From Terrimicrobiaceae bacterium (GTDB lineage: Bacteria; Verrucomicrobiota; Verrucomicrobiia; Chthoniobacterales; Terrimicrobiaceae), in contig JBGSVZ010000036.1 of assembly GCA_041752695.1 (NCBI GenBank), positions 1 to 64,000 on the forward strand: 64,000 bases of DNA, written 5' to 3'. Shown here in pieces: positions 28,111 to 38,264 of the stretch. Position 1 is the stretch's first letter; each line of letters opens with the position of its first letter. The notes below the pieces were generated by a model. It was not told the origin of the DNA and searched no databases. It worked only from the letters and a program-made list of their open reading frames with translations. A program made the translations under genes and the position numbers.

Positions 28111-30821
28111 GCTTCAAAATCAACGGCAAAACGTTTGAGGAAAAACCCAGACCGGGACAATGCCTGCGGACATTCGCCCGTGATCTCGGATGGTTTGGCG
28201 TGAAAAAAGGCTGCGACGCGGGCGATTGCGGAGCGTGCACAGTCTGGCTCGACGGGAAGCCGGTGCACAGCTGCCTCATCCCGGCCTTCCGGGCCGATGG
28301 CCGTGACGTAACGACCATCGAAGGTCTCGCCTGCAATGGCACGCTGCACCCCATGCAGCAGTCGTTCCTCGATGCACAGGCTTTCCAATGCGGCTTCTGC
28401 GCGGCGGGCATGATCATGACGTCCGCGAGTCTAAGCGACGAGGAGAAAAGGGATCTGCCCTTCCGCCTCAAGGGGAACCTTTGCCGCTGCACCGGTTATC
28501 ACGCCATCGAAGACGCGCTGAATGGCGTGGCGTCCGTGGAGGAAGACCGCCCCGGCCACGCGTGCGGCTCCAGTTTGCAGAGTCCGCTGGCGCACTCCAT
28601 CGTGACCGGAACGGCCCGCTACACGGCGGATGTCAAAATGGAGGGCATGCTGCATCTCAAGGTGCTGCGGTCGCCTCATGCTCATGCGAAAATCACGGCG
28701 ATGCGCACGGACAAAGCGCGCGCGCTGCCGGGTGTCCATGCCGTGTTCACTGCGGAGGATGTGCCGACGCGACCCTTCACCTCGGCCTTGCATGATGACT
28801 ACCGCGTTGACCCGGACGACACGCTTGTTCTGGATAACGTCGCCCGACATGTCGGCCAGCGCGTGGCGGCGGTGGTCGCGGACACCGAGGGAATTGCCGA
28901 AGAAGCGTGTCGCCTGATTGAGGTCGATTACGAAATTCTTCGGGCGGTCTTTGACCCCGAGGAGGCCATGCTCCCCGGAGCCCCGATTCTGCACAACAAG
29001 GAGTTTTCCTCCCGCATTCAGAACGCCAAGCAGAACATTTTTCTCCAAATCGAGAGCGAATACGGAAACGTCGCGCAGGGTTTTGCCGAGGCCGAAGTCA
29101 CAGTGGAGGGTACGTATTCCAGCAACAAAGTTTCCCACGCGCATCTGGAGACCCACATCGCCATCGCCTCGCAAAGCGAAGACGGGCGCATCCATGTGCG
29201 AACGAGTTCGCAGGCCCCCTTCCAGGTCCGCTCCAAGCTGGCCTATCTCTTCGCGATTCCGCTTGAGCGCGTGCATGTCTATACCGAGCGGGTCGGGGGT
29301 GGCTTTGGCGGCAAGCAGGAGATGCTTTGCGAGGAGCTCTGTGTGCTCGCCATGTTAAAAACCGGCCGTCCGGTGAAGTGGGAATTCACCCGTGAGGAGG
29401 AGTTCATCGGCGGCGTTTCGCGGCACCCCATGAAGACCACCATCAAGGTCGGGGCGAAACGCGACGGCACTCTCACCGCGATCCAGCTCCGCGTGGTTTC
29501 CGCCACCGGCGCCTATGGTAACCACGGTGGCGAAACGTTGGCCGCCTCGCTCAGTCAGTCGCTCCAGATCTATCGCTGCCCGAATATGCAGGGCACTGGC
29601 TACGCGGTTTACACGAATATCCCGCCGTCCGGCGCATTTCGCGGTTATGGATCCTCGCAAACCGTCTTCGCGGTCGAATCCGCCATGGGCGACCTCGCCC
29701 GCAAACTCGGCATGGATTTGATGGAGCTTCAGCGCAAAAACGTGGTCGTCCCCGGCGATGCCGTTCACAGCATTTGGGAAGGCCCTTCCGACGCCGAGAT
29801 GGGGAGTTACGGACTGAATCAGTGCATGGATTATGTCGAACAGGCACTCGCCAGCGGACGCGGAGAGCCAAAGCCCGAGGGCGACGAATGGCTGGAAGGC
29901 ACGGGGCACGCCATTCACATGCACGATTGCATTCCGCCCACGGAACAGCGTTCCGAGGCTCACATCAATCTGCGCGCGGACGGAACCTACTATCTCACCA
30001 ACGGAGTGACAGAGATGGGCAATGGAACCATCACGTCCATGCGCCAGGTGGCTGCTTCAATTCTGAACACCACCGCGAACCGGGTGGAGCTTGTCATCGC
30101 GGATACGGATAAAACCGCCTATGACACGGGCACGTTTTCCAGCGTCGGCACCAGCGTTTCCTGCAAAGCGGCCAGCCTCGCCGCCGAAAATCTGCGGGAC
30201 AACATCCTCAAGGTTGCCAGCGAATTTAGTGCGACTCCGGTCGAGGAGTGTCGGTTAGTGGACGATGCCATCCAATGCGGCAGTCGGACGATTCCGCTGG
30301 CGGAACTTTTTGCCTCTGCTATCGATGCCCGCCACAGGCTTCACGTCATGCGCAAAGCCTATGGATCCCCCCGAACCACGTGCTTTAACGTCCACGGCTT
30401 TCGCATTGCGGTTCACAAAATCACCGGGGAGATCCGCATTCTGCAAAGTGTACACGCCGCCGATGCCGGCACGATCCTCAATCCGATGCAGTGCCGCGGA
30501 CAGGTGGAAGGCGCGGTTGCGCAGGGCATTGGCAGCAGTTTGTTTGAAAGAATGGTCTTCGACGCCAACGGAAAAATGGTGAACCCCTCGTTTCGAAACT
30601 ATCGGATTTCGGCTTTCGCGGATATCCCGCGCACGGAGATTTTCTTTGCCGACACTTATGATGCTTATGGTCCACTCGGGGCGAAATCCGCCGGCGAAAC
30701 CCCAATCATTCCGGTGGCTCCCGCCCTAGGCAATGCCCTGGCCGATGCAACGGGGGTGCGCTTTGACAGTCTGCCCTTCAGCGCGGACCGGATCTTTTCC
30801 CTGCTGGCCGATCAACCATGA
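28107..30821 (+). CDS. Xanthine dehydrogenase family fused [2Fe-2S] + molybdopterin subunit
   Basis: GCDAGDCGACTV, QCGFC, NLCRCTGY, GGGFGGK, AFRGYG, GAKSAGE. Confidence 0.92.
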   Translation: MSFKINGKTFEEKPRPGQCLRTFARDLGWFGVKKGCDAGDCGACTVWLDGKPVHSCLIPAFRADGRDVTTIEGLACNGTLHPMQQSFLDAQAFQCGFCAAGMIMTSASLSDEEKRDLPFRLKGNLCRCTGYHAIEDALNGVASVEEDRPGHACGSSLQSPLAHSIVTGTARYTADVKMEGMLHLKVLRSPHAHAKITAMRTDKARALPGVHAVFTAEDVPTRPFTSALHDDYRVDPDDTLVLDNVARHVGQRVAAVVADTEGIAEEACRLIEVDYEILRAVFDPEEAMLPGAPILHNKEFSSRIQNAKQNIFLQIESEYGNVAQGFAEAEVTVEGTYSSNKVSHAHLETHIAIASQSEDGRIHVRTSSQAPFQVRSKLAYLFAIPLERVHVYTERVGGGFGGKQEMLCEELCVLAMLKTGRPVKWEFTREEEFIGGVSRHPMKTTIKVGAKRDGTLTAIQLRVVSATGAYGNHGGETLAASLSQSLQIYRCPNMQGTGYAVYTNIPPSGAFRGYGSSQTVFAVESAMGDLARKLGMDLMELQRKNVVVPGDAVHSIWEGPSDAEMGSYGLNQCMDYVEQALASGRGEPKPEGDEWLEGTGHAIHMHDCIPPTEQRSEAHINLRADGTYYLTNGVTEMGNGTITSMRQVAASILNTTANRVELVIADTDKTAYDTGTFSSVGTSVSCKAASLAAENLRDNILKVASEFSATPVEECRLVDDAIQCGSRTIPLAELFASAIDARHRLHVMRKAYGSPRTTCFNVHGFRIAVHKITGEIRILQSVHAADAGTILNPMQCRGQVEGAVAQGIGSSLFERMVFDANGKMVNPSFRNYRISAFADIPRTEIFFADTYDAYGPLGAKSAGETPIIPVAPALGNALADATGVRFDSLPFSADRIFSLLADQP

Positions 30822-31762
30822 GTGAACACGCCGTCCTCATCGCCACGGCAAGGGTCCATCCCGGGCAGAATCAGGCATTTACTGCCTGGAAGGCCCACCA
30901 TGACACCATCATTGGAAAATTTACCGGCTTCATCAGCAGCGACATTATCCCCCCGACCCATGATGGCAGCAACGAGTGGACGATCATCCTCAATTTCAAG
31001 TCGAAGGACGATCTGAAGGTCTGGCAGATATCTCCGGAACGGGCCGCTATCATCGCCGAGGGAATGCCGCTTTTTGAAGGAGGAACTCTTGGCGAAATCG
31101 TGCAAGTTGGCGACGGGGGGGTGCAACCGGAAAGCAACGTTACGGAGATCATCTTTTCCAAGGTCAAAGCCGGCATGGAGGACACCTATCGCGAGTGGAC
31201 GACGCGCATTCAGGCTGCACAGGCAAAGTATCCGGGTTACCGGGGCATGTATCTTCAACCGCCGCAGGAAAAAGGCGGTCTGTGGACAACGATTCTCCGC
31301 TTCGATTCCGAGGCCCATCTTGAAGCGTGGATGAACGCCACGGAACGCAAGCAACTCCTGCAAGAATCCAAAAACTTTATCGAGCACGAGGCCCTCTCCC
31401 GCCTCGCGACCTCCTTCCCTGGCTGGGTGCCCCTCGATCCCATGACGGGCAAGGGACCTCCGAATTGGAAAACCGCGATGCTGGTTCTCCTGGGTCTTTT
31501 TCCGGTCGTCATGCTGGAACTGCGATTTCTCAACCCGGTTCTTGCCGGTCTGGGCCTGAACTCGTCTTTTGCCACTTTCATCGGCAATGCTGGGAGTGTT
31601 GCGGCCACCAGTTTTTTCACCATGCCTTTGGCTGTGCGTGGTTTCGGATGGTGGCTCTTCCCGAAAGTGCGATCCGCTGCCCTCAACATTCGGGGAGTGC
31701 TCATCCTGGCGCTTTGTTTCGCGGTGGAAATCGCTCTGCTCTGGAGGCTTCTTCCCTGGTAG
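30818..31762 (+). CDS. Tandem ABM-like domain membrane protein
   Basis: Two repeats (FTGFISS..WTIILNF / YPGYRG..WTTILRF) plus C-terminal TM segments; ATGA overlap with the xdh gene. Confidence 0.75.
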   Translation: MSEHAVLIATARVHPGQNQAFTAWKAHHDTIIGKFTGFISSDIIPPTHDGSNEWTIILNFKSKDDLKVWQISPERAAIIAEGMPLFEGGTLGEIVQVGDGGVQPESNVTEIIFSKVKAGMEDTYREWTTRIQAAQAKYPGYRGMYLQPPQEKGGLWTTILRFDSEAHLEAWMNATERKQLLQESKNFIEHEALSRLATSFPGWVPLDPMTGKGPPNWKTAMLVLLGLFPVVMLELRFLNPVLAGLGLNSSFATFIGNAGSVAATSFFTMPLAVRGFGWWLFPKVRSAALNIRGVLILALCFAVEIALLWRLLPW

Positions 31763-31906
31763 TGAGCGCAGGAGCGGGCTTCGGCGGGGCAGGGGCGCTT
31801 ACCTTCTCGCCGCGTTGTTTTTAGGCTCGCAACCTCCGACCACTCCTCCGCGGGAACCCCCTGCAATGTCGAAGTCTGGCTGGAGAGACGTGATGGTCGA
31901 AGGTTC

Positions 31907-31935
31907 TTGACGGTATGGCTATGCAGCCATACTCT
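31907..31935 (+). promoter_or_regulatory. vapBC sigma70 promoter with operator palindrome
   Basis: TTGACG-17 nt-TACTCT, overlapped by GTATGGCT-ATGC-AGCCATAC (31913-31932). Confidence 0.65.
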
Positions 31936-31941
31936 GGGAGG

Positions 31942-32193
31942 ATGAAGATGACCATGCACATTGACGAAGAGCTTCTTGCCAATGTCATGGAAGCGACGGG
32001 GGCACGCACCAAGACAGAGGCGGTGGACATGGCCCTCCGGGAAGTGAGCCGCCGGGTGCGGCAAAAGAAACTTTTTGCGACGCCCCTTGGCATTGAAGGC
32101 AAGGATCCAGACGAAGTGTTCGATTTTGCGGCCTACGACATGCTAAGAGGGGCCGAGGCACCGGGAAAATATGGAACTCGTCGTCGCCGATAG
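31942..32193 (+). CDS. vapB: VapB-type antitoxin
   Basis: MKMTMHIDEELL...TKTEAVDMALRE; overlaps a PIN gene. Confidence 0.85.
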   Translation: MKMTMHIDEELLANVMEATGARTKTEAVDMALREVSRRVRQKKLFATPLGIEGKDPDEVFDFAAYDMLRGAEAPGKYGTRRRR

Positions 32194-32569
32194 AAGTTTT
32201 TACATTCACGCCCTGCGTTCCCGGCGCGAGCCGTTCCTGGAAATGGAGCGGCTGGACGGCGACGTCGAGTGGGCCACCACGGGTATGGTCATGCTCGAGG
32301 TCTGCCGCGGTTTGCGCAATCCGAACATGCGCAACCGGTTCACCGAACGCTATGCGACGATGATTTATCTGCCCACGACCAACGCGATCTGGGAGCGGGC
32401 GGTCCGCCTCGCCTGGACGCTCGACCGGAAGGGCCGGATCCTTCCGGCTCAGGACCTACTGATTGCCGCAGCCTGCCTCGGCGGCGGCGCAGGCCTGCTC
32501 ACGCACGACGCGCATTTTGCCGCGATCCCCGGCCTCACAGTGTTCAACTCCTTGGAAGACCTGCCATGA
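32171..32569 (+). CDS. vapC: VapC PIN-domain toxin
   Basis: VVAD, MLEV, DLLIAA, LLTHDAHF acidic PIN residues. Confidence 0.87.
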   Translation: MELVVADRSFYIHALRSRREPFLEMERLDGDVEWATTGMVMLEVCRGLRNPNMRNRFTERYATMIYLPTTNAIWERAVRLAWTLDRKGRILPAQDLLIAAACLGGGAGLLTHDAHFAAIPGLTVFNSLEDLP

Positions 32570-33012
32570 CCCGACTTATCCTTCTTTTGCTTAGTCTTAC
32601 TCTCGCATCGGCGCGGGCTGGCCTGGGTGATACTGAATCGCAATGCCTCGACCAGTTTGGCCCCTCCGCCAATCAGACGGACGGCAGTGGCGTGGGGGAG
32701 AAGTTGGTTTTTTATGAAAAGGGGGGCGTCGGCATCGGCGTCGAATTTTGGAAAGGCCGCGCGAGCTGCCTCTTTTATAAGAAGACCATTCGCAGCGAGG
32801 GCTTGTCGGACGAGGAGATCGAGGCCTTCCTCAAGGAAAGTGCCGATGATTCCTTCTGGGAGGGGGCACACATCATCGGCGAAGGCCGGCGCTGGGCCCG
32901 CAAGGACGGCAAGGCTGTGGCGCATTACAACGCGCAGCAAAAGCTCCTCATCATCATGACCGACGCGTTCGCGATCGAGCGGATGAAAAACAGAACCCCT
33001 TCAGACCAGTAA
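32566..33012 (+). CDS. Secreted hypothetical protein
   Basis: ATGA overlap with vapC; signal peptide MTRLILLLLSLTLASARA. Confidence 0.7.
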   Translation: MTRLILLLLSLTLASARAGLGDTESQCLDQFGPSANQTDGSGVGEKLVFYEKGGVGIGVEFWKGRASCLFYKKTIRSEGLSDEEIEAFLKESADDSFWEGAHIIGEGRRWARKDGKAVAHYNAQQKLLIIMTDAFAIERMKNRTPSDQ

Positions 33013-33918
33013 CGTCGCGGCCTGTGCGGTCACTTCGCTAACGGGGAGATTTTTCAGGCGGCGCTTTCCATCCTTGGACGGTGGAGCTTGGACGGCACGA
33101 TTGCGCGGCGTGTCCCGGTGCCAGTTGGAAAGATGGGTCGGGCCGAAAAGAGTGAGGCTCGGCACGCCGAAGGCTTGGGCGAGGTGGGAGGCGGCGCCGT
33201 CCACGGTTAGCACGGCGTCGGCCCGGGCGCAGAGCCAAAGGAAATTTTGCAGCGTTGTGGTGCCGGTCAGGCTCTGGACAGAGGGGCCGGCCAGCCGGGC
33301 GATTTCGCGGCAGTGTTCGATTTGCCAGTCGGTCGAGGCGCTCGTCAAAAGAAACCGGTGTCCGCCGGTCTCGTGTAACAACCGCAGGATCTCCGCCCAG
33401 CGTTCGGCCACCCAGCATTTTTGTCGCCAGCCGGATGTGGGATTGATGAGAAGGAAGGGGCCGCCACTGAAACCCGACGGCTGCCAGGCTGCGGGCGGGG
33501 CGGTGAGTCGGGGCAGGCGGAAGGCCTCGCCGGTGGGGACGGGAGTATTTTCCCAGAAATACTCCGCCACGTAACGGTCGCCAAGTTCCGGAACAAGGAT
33601 TTGTCCGAAAAGCAGGGGGTGGAACCAGTGCATTTCGCGTTTCTCTGGCAGCACGCAGATCTTTTTGCGGGCGGGGACGAGGAGGGAACGCAGCGCGGAT
33701 TTATTGAGAGGATCGTAGCAGACCAGGAGGTCCCGCCATCCCAGGGGAGGGCCTGGTTGGAAGACGACGCCGTCCATCAACTGCAGCAGCGGTTCATGTC
33801 CCGCCCGGGTCAGAACGTTTACGGGCGCGCCATGGTGGGCGCGCAGCTTGGCCAAGGCGGGTTCAAGGAGGAGGAGATCTCCCAATTGTTTGTGAAAAAC
33901 GACGTAACACCCCGGCAT
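33001..33918 (-). CDS. Glycosyltransferase family 9
   Basis: KQLGDLLL; KCW..ERW; TVDGAASHLAQAFGVPSLTLFGPT. Confidence 0.88.
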   Translation of the reverse strand: MPGCYVVFHKQLGDLLLLEPALAKLRAHHGAPVNVLTRAGHEPLLQLMDGVVFQPGPPLGWRDLLVCYDPLNKSALRSLLVPARKKICVLPEKREMHWFHPLLFGQILVPELGDRYVAEYFWENTPVPTGEAFRLPRLTAPPAAWQPSGFSGGPFLLINPTSGWRQKCWVAERWAEILRLLHETGGHRFLLTSASTDWQIEHCREIARLAGPSVQSLTGTTTLQNFLWLCARADAVLTVDGAASHLAQAFGVPSLTLFGPTHLSNWHRDTPRNRAVQAPPSKDGKRRLKNLPVSEVTAQAATLLV

Positions 33919-34142
33919 GCGGACTCCTGCCTAGCGGAGATGCCCCCGGTTCTCCAAACCAAATCCGGCACAATTCCCCCTCCTCCCTGACGACCGGAAA
34001 ACTTTTTTTCATTTTCTTTGAACAACGGGAAACGTGCCGGGTCAAATATATCGGTTAAGGCAGCATATTCGGGCCACCGCGGTTCAGTTTTCCTTTGTTC
34101 TGAGCAATTTCGCGTGTGGCCCGAATCCTTTTCCGGCCCGAT

Positions 34143-34164
34143 TGTGACAAAATCGTCACACTCG
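34143..34164 (+). promoter_or_regulatory. Pho-box-like site
   Basis: TGTGACAAAAT/CGTCACACTCG, 11-nt spaced repeats upstream of a PhoB-like regulator. Confidence 0.45.
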
Positions 34165-34214
34165 CACCCCTGCCCACTCCGGTTCCGCGCTTGCGTCGGC
34201 CCAAACCCTTGGTT

Positions 34215-34913
34215 ATGAGCCCCTTTGCCATGGAGGACACTGTACTGATTGTCGAGGACGAGTCCGATGTCGTGGACCTGCTCCGCTACAATCTCACCAA
34301 GGCCGGCTTGGGCGTCCTGATCGCCGCCGACGGGCTCACTGGTCTTGAGATGGCCCGCAAAAATCGCCCCGATCTGATCATCCTCGATCTGATGCTGCCG
34401 GGCCTGGACGGCCATGCCATCTGCAAGGCGCTCAAAATGGATCCTCACACCGAGACCATCCCGATCCTCATGCTCACGGCAAAAAGCCAGCCCGACGAGC
34501 GCGTGAAGGGGCTGGAAATCGGGGCGGACGACTACGTGACCAAGCCGTTCAGCCCGCGCGAGCTTGTTCTCCGCGTTCAGGGATTGCTCCGTCGCCTGCG
34601 TGCCACCACCCGCAGCGAGGTGTTGGAAGTGGATGAATTTCTCCTCGATAAAGGGGCCTTCGAGGTCCGGCTCGAGGGGCAACGGCTGGAACTTACGACG
34701 ACGGAGTTCAAGCTTCTCACCCTCATGATCGAGCGCCGGGGCCGGACGCAATCCCGCGAGACCCTTCTGGCGGACGTCTGGGGTTACCAGAATGCCATCG
34801 ACACCCGGACGGTGGACACCCACATGCGGCGTCTGCGGGAAAAACTCGGCCAGCACGCCGCGCGGCTGGAGACGGTTCGCGGCGAAGGCTACCGCTTCAA
34901 CGTGACCTCTTGA
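34215..34913 (+). CDS. phoB: OmpR/PhoB-family response regulator
   Basis: VEDE, LDLMLP, GADDYVTKPF, RTVDTHMRRLR, TVRGEGY. Confidence 0.85.
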   Translation: MSPFAMEDTVLIVEDESDVVDLLRYNLTKAGLGVLIAADGLTGLEMARKNRPDLIILDLMLPGLDGHAICKALKMDPHTETIPILMLTAKSQPDERVKGLEIGADDYVTKPFSPRELVLRVQGLLRRLRATTRSEVLEVDEFLLDKGAFEVRLEGQRLELTTTEFKLLTLMIERRGRTQSRETLLADVWGYQNAIDTRTVDTHMRRLREKLGQHAARLETVRGEGYRFNVTS

Positions 34914-36223
34914 ACGCCTGGACGGCCCTGCTTTTGCTGGGCGTCGCAATCGCGGCGCTGGTGGTGTATTTCCGGATCGTTGTGCCCTTTCGACAGCTCC
35001 GGGAAGCGCTCCGGCGGTTGGCGGAGCGGGATTTTCGGCCCGTTCTGGTGGAATCCCGCCGGGGGGTCTTTCGCGAGACCTCGGGCAGCGTGCAGCGCAT
35101 CTCCGAGTTACTCCAGCAACTTGATCAGCAGATCACCGACGAAGGTTTCAGTCTGCGCGCCATTCTTTCCAGCATGGTGGAGGGCGTGTTCATCACGGAT
35201 CGCGCTCAACGTATCCGTCTGATCAACGATCCCCTGCAGCGCATGTTTGACCTCCGCCAGTCCCCCATCAATCGCACGGTGATCGAGGTTTTTCATAACC
35301 ACCGCCTCCAGCAGGCCATTGCCCAGACACTCTTCGACGGCACCACTCGACGCATTGAAACGTCCCTGCAGGTGACAGGACCCGACGGCTACACCACCCG
35401 CCACTTGGAAGTCTATGCAGGTGGTCTCAATCCCGGCCCAAAAAAACGCCCCCTCGGTGCGGTGGTGGTTTTTCACGACATCACCAATGTGAAAAACCTC
35501 GAGGCCGTCCGCCGGGAGTTTGTGGCCAACGTTTCCCACGAATTTCGCACACCGCTCGCCATCATCAACGGCTACATCGAGACGCTGCTCGACGGGGCCC
35601 TCGACGACCGGGCAATGAGCGAGAAATTTCTCCACACCATGGCCCGCAACGGCCAGCGCCTGACGGCTCTAATTGAGGATCTTCTGACCATCTCGCGGAT
35701 GGAACATCGCTCCGCACACCTGGAAATTCACCCCGCCAACGTCCACGACATCCTCACCCGGGTGATTGAACGCCTGGAGCCCGCCCTCGCCGAACGCAAT
35801 GCCGTGGTGACGGTGGACTGGGCTCCCGATGCCTTGGAGGCTCCCGTGGACCCCACGCGGATCGAGCAGGTCTTTGCCAATTTGCTCGAAAATGCCCTCC
35901 GCCACGGTCACGCGGAAGGGGTGGCGGTGACGGTCACCGCCCGACGGCTCGCGGACGATCTGACCATCGTTTTCTCCGACAACGGCCCCGGCATCCCGCT
36001 GGAAGACCAGTCTCATATTTTCGAGCGGTTTTATCGCGTGCATAAAGACCGTTCCCGCAGTGCGGGCGGCACGGGACTCGGTCTGTCGATCGTCAAACAC
36101 ATCGTGCAGGCGCATCGGGGCAGCGTCTCGCTGGAAAGCACTCCCGGCGAAGGGGCTTCGTTTCATCTTAGAATCCCGATTTTGCCCCCGGGAACGCCGG
36201 AAAGCGGACAGCCCGAAGCCTGA
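34910..36223 (+). CDS. phoR: PhoR-like sensor histidine kinase
   Basis: TM, PAS, EFVANVSHEFRTPL, FERFYRV, GTGLGL. Confidence 0.85.
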   Translation: MNAWTALLLLGVAIAALVVYFRIVVPFRQLREALRRLAERDFRPVLVESRRGVFRETSGSVQRISELLQQLDQQITDEGFSLRAILSSMVEGVFITDRAQRIRLINDPLQRMFDLRQSPINRTVIEVFHNHRLQQAIAQTLFDGTTRRIETSLQVTGPDGYTTRHLEVYAGGLNPGPKKRPLGAVVVFHDITNVKNLEAVRREFVANVSHEFRTPLAIINGYIETLLDGALDDRAMSEKFLHTMARNGQRLTALIEDLLTISRMEHRSAHLEIHPANVHDILTRVIERLEPALAERNAVVTVDWAPDALEAPVDPTRIEQVFANLLENALRHGHAEGVAVTVTARRLADDLTIVFSDNGPGIPLEDQSHIFERFYRVHKDRSRSAGGTGLGLSIVKHIVQAHRGSVSLESTPGEGASFHLRIPILPPGTPESGQPEA

Positions 36224-37279
36224 CTACACCGTCACCGGACGTTTTTCCGCATCCGACACGAAACAGGCATCAAGCACCTTTTGGATCTCGGCACCGCGGT
36301 TGAAATCGGGCTGGTCTTGTTTTCCCGTGCGAATGGCTTTGATGAAACGCTGGTAATTGGTGGCCACTTCGGTCACCGCCACGTCGCGCCAGAGGGCCTT
36401 GTCGAGATCCTCGCCGGCGCAGATCCGGTATCCGGCAGTGGTGCGGTCGGAGTCAATCTCCACCGTCCCCTTGGTGCCGGCAATCTTCAGGAAAAGCCGG
36501 TTGGCATGGCCGCCGCACCAGCGGGTGGTGTGGATGGTGCCGAGCGCGCCGCTTTGGAATTCGACGTTGAGAACGGCCGAGTCGTTGGCGTCGAGCGGGT
36601 ATTCGCCAATCCGGTTGCCGGGGGCCTTGTCGAAAGCCTTGAGGCGACAATAAACCGAAGAGATCGGGCCCACGGGGAATGTGGCAAAATCCACGATGTG
36701 AACCCCCACGTCGCCCAGCACCCCTTTGCTGCCGTGCTGGGAGGAGAGCCGCCAGAGCCAGGCTGGCGTGGTGCGCCAGTCGCCCCAGATCTTGCTGGCC
36801 AACCAGGCCTGCAGGTAGCTGGCTTCGACATGCCGGACATCGCTAATCTGGCCTCGCTGGACAATGGCAGCGACGGCCTGGATGGCCGGCCAGTCGCGGT
36901 AGGAAAAATTCACCATATTGATCGCGCCAGATTTCCGAGCGGCGGCGACCATGCGTTTTGCGTCGGGGTAGTTGAGGGCGAGCGGTTTCTCGCAAAGAAC
37001 GTGTTTCCCGGCCTTCAGGCATTCCAGCGCGAGGGGAGCGTGGAAGGCGTCGGGCGTGACGATGGTCACGGCGTCGAAATCCGCCTTTTTCAGCAAATCC
37101 TTTGCCCCGGCAAAAGCGGCGGGGATTTGATGTTTTTCCGCAAAGGCGGTGGCGCGGGTCAGATCGACGTCCGCCGCCGCGACCACTTTGCAGCCGGCGA
37201 TGGCGTTAAATCGTTCCGCATGGACATTGGCCATACCCCCGGTGCCGAGGACGGCGAGACGAACGGATTTTTTGCTCAT
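36224..37279 (-). CDS. Gfo/Idh/MocA-family oxidoreductase
   Basis: LGTGGMA, GKHVLCEKP, DVGVH. Confidence 0.92.
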   Translation of the reverse strand: MSKKSVRLAVLGTGGMANVHAERFNAIAGCKVVAAADVDLTRATAFAEKHQIPAAFAGAKDLLKKADFDAVTIVTPDAFHAPLALECLKAGKHVLCEKPLALNYPDAKRMVAAARKSGAINMVNFSYRDWPAIQAVAAIVQRGQISDVRHVEASYLQAWLASKIWGDWRTTPAWLWRLSSQHGSKGVLGDVGVHIVDFATFPVGPISSVYCRLKAFDKAPGNRIGEYPLDANDSAVLNVEFQSGALGTIHTTRWCGGHANRLFLKIAGTKGTVEIDSDRTTAGYRICAGEDLDKALWRDVAVTEVATNYQRFIKAIRTGKQDQPDFNRGAEIQKVLDACFVSDAEKRPVTV

Positions 37280-37299
37280 GATGAAATAGGAAAAGTTTT

Positions 37300-37374
37300 A
37301 CCGCGGATGTCACGGATTTTGCGGAGGAAAAAGGAGGCCAGATCGTGATCCGCGCCACCCGTGTCATCCGCGGT
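37300..37374. repeat. Imperfect inverted repeat built from 9-nt subrepeats
   Basis: ACCGCGGATGTCACGGATTTTGCGGA ... TCCGCGCCACCCGTGTCATCCGCGGT (21 of 26 complementary). Confidence 0.7.
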
Positions 37375-37399
37375 CGAAATATCCTTCGTTATCCGGCCG

Positions 37400-38170
37400 T
37401 TATTTATGACCGATCTGAGAGCGGATGTGGGCCTCGGGGTCGTCGGGGAGAGGTTCCAGCGGGGGGCTATTTGGGCAGATGTCGGGGATGTTGACGGTCG
37501 GCCGCGCCCAATGGACGGCATTCGAAATTACCGTCTGCACCTCGGATTGGTGGTAGGTCGGGTAGGTTTCGTGTCCAGGACGGAAATAGAAGATCCGGCC
37601 ATTGCCCCGATACCAGGTCGCGCCGCTGCGGAAAACCTCTCCTCCGGTAAACCACGAGATGAAAATCAGTTCGTCCGGGGTGGGAATCCCAAAAGGCTCG
37701 CCATACATCTCTTCGGCGGGAATTTCAAAATAGTCGGCAATTCCCCGGGTGATCGGATGGGTTGGCAGGATATTCCAAACGCGTTCCTTATCGCTGGCCT
37801 CACGCCATTTCAGCGAGCAGGTCGTGCCCATCAGAGCCTTGAAAAGTTTCGCGTAGTGCCCGGAATGCAAAACGATAAGCCCCATGCCTTCGAGGACACG
37901 CTTTTTGGCACGTTCCACGATCTCGTCTGTCACGTCCGCATGGGCCATGTGACCCCACCAGACGAGCACATCAGTGTTGGACAGAACGTCGGCGCTCAGG
38001 CCGTGCTCCGGTTCATCGAGGGTCGCGGTGCGGACGACAACCCCCTCCGAGTGGCGCAGGAAACCGGCGATGGTCTCGTGCATGCCCTGCGGGTAGAGCG
38101 CGGCAACTTTTGGATTCTTTTTTTCGTGGCGAAATTCGCCCCAGACGGTGACACGGAGTGGAGAGGACAT
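37400..38170 (-). CDS. thuA: ThuA-domain (trehalose utilisation) protein
   Basis: [44 protein letters not shown]. Confidence 0.85.
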   Translation of the reverse strand: MSSPLRVTVWGEFRHEKKNPKVAALYPQGMHETIAGFLRHSEGVVVRTATLDEPEHGLSADVLSNTDVLVWWGHMAHADVTDEIVERAKKRVLEGMGLIVLHSGHYAKLFKALMGTTCSLKWREASDKERVWNILPTHPITRGIADYFEIPAEEMYGEPFGIPTPDELIFISWFTGGEVFRSGATWYRGNGRIFYFRPGHETYPTYHQSEVQTVISNAVHWARPTVNIPDICPNSPPLEPLPDDPEAHIRSQIGHK

Positions 38171-38264
38171 GAAAAAATTCTGTTTCCAGAAATCGCATTT
38201 TTCTCAGGCCGGACAAGGGTAATGAGTTGCATTTGTCTGTGAAAAATAGCAAAAAACCGATCAG

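Noticed and set aside
34143..34160. CRP site TGTGA...TCACA
   Set aside because: The spacer is 8 nt rather than 6; the phoBR context favours a Pho-box-like reading
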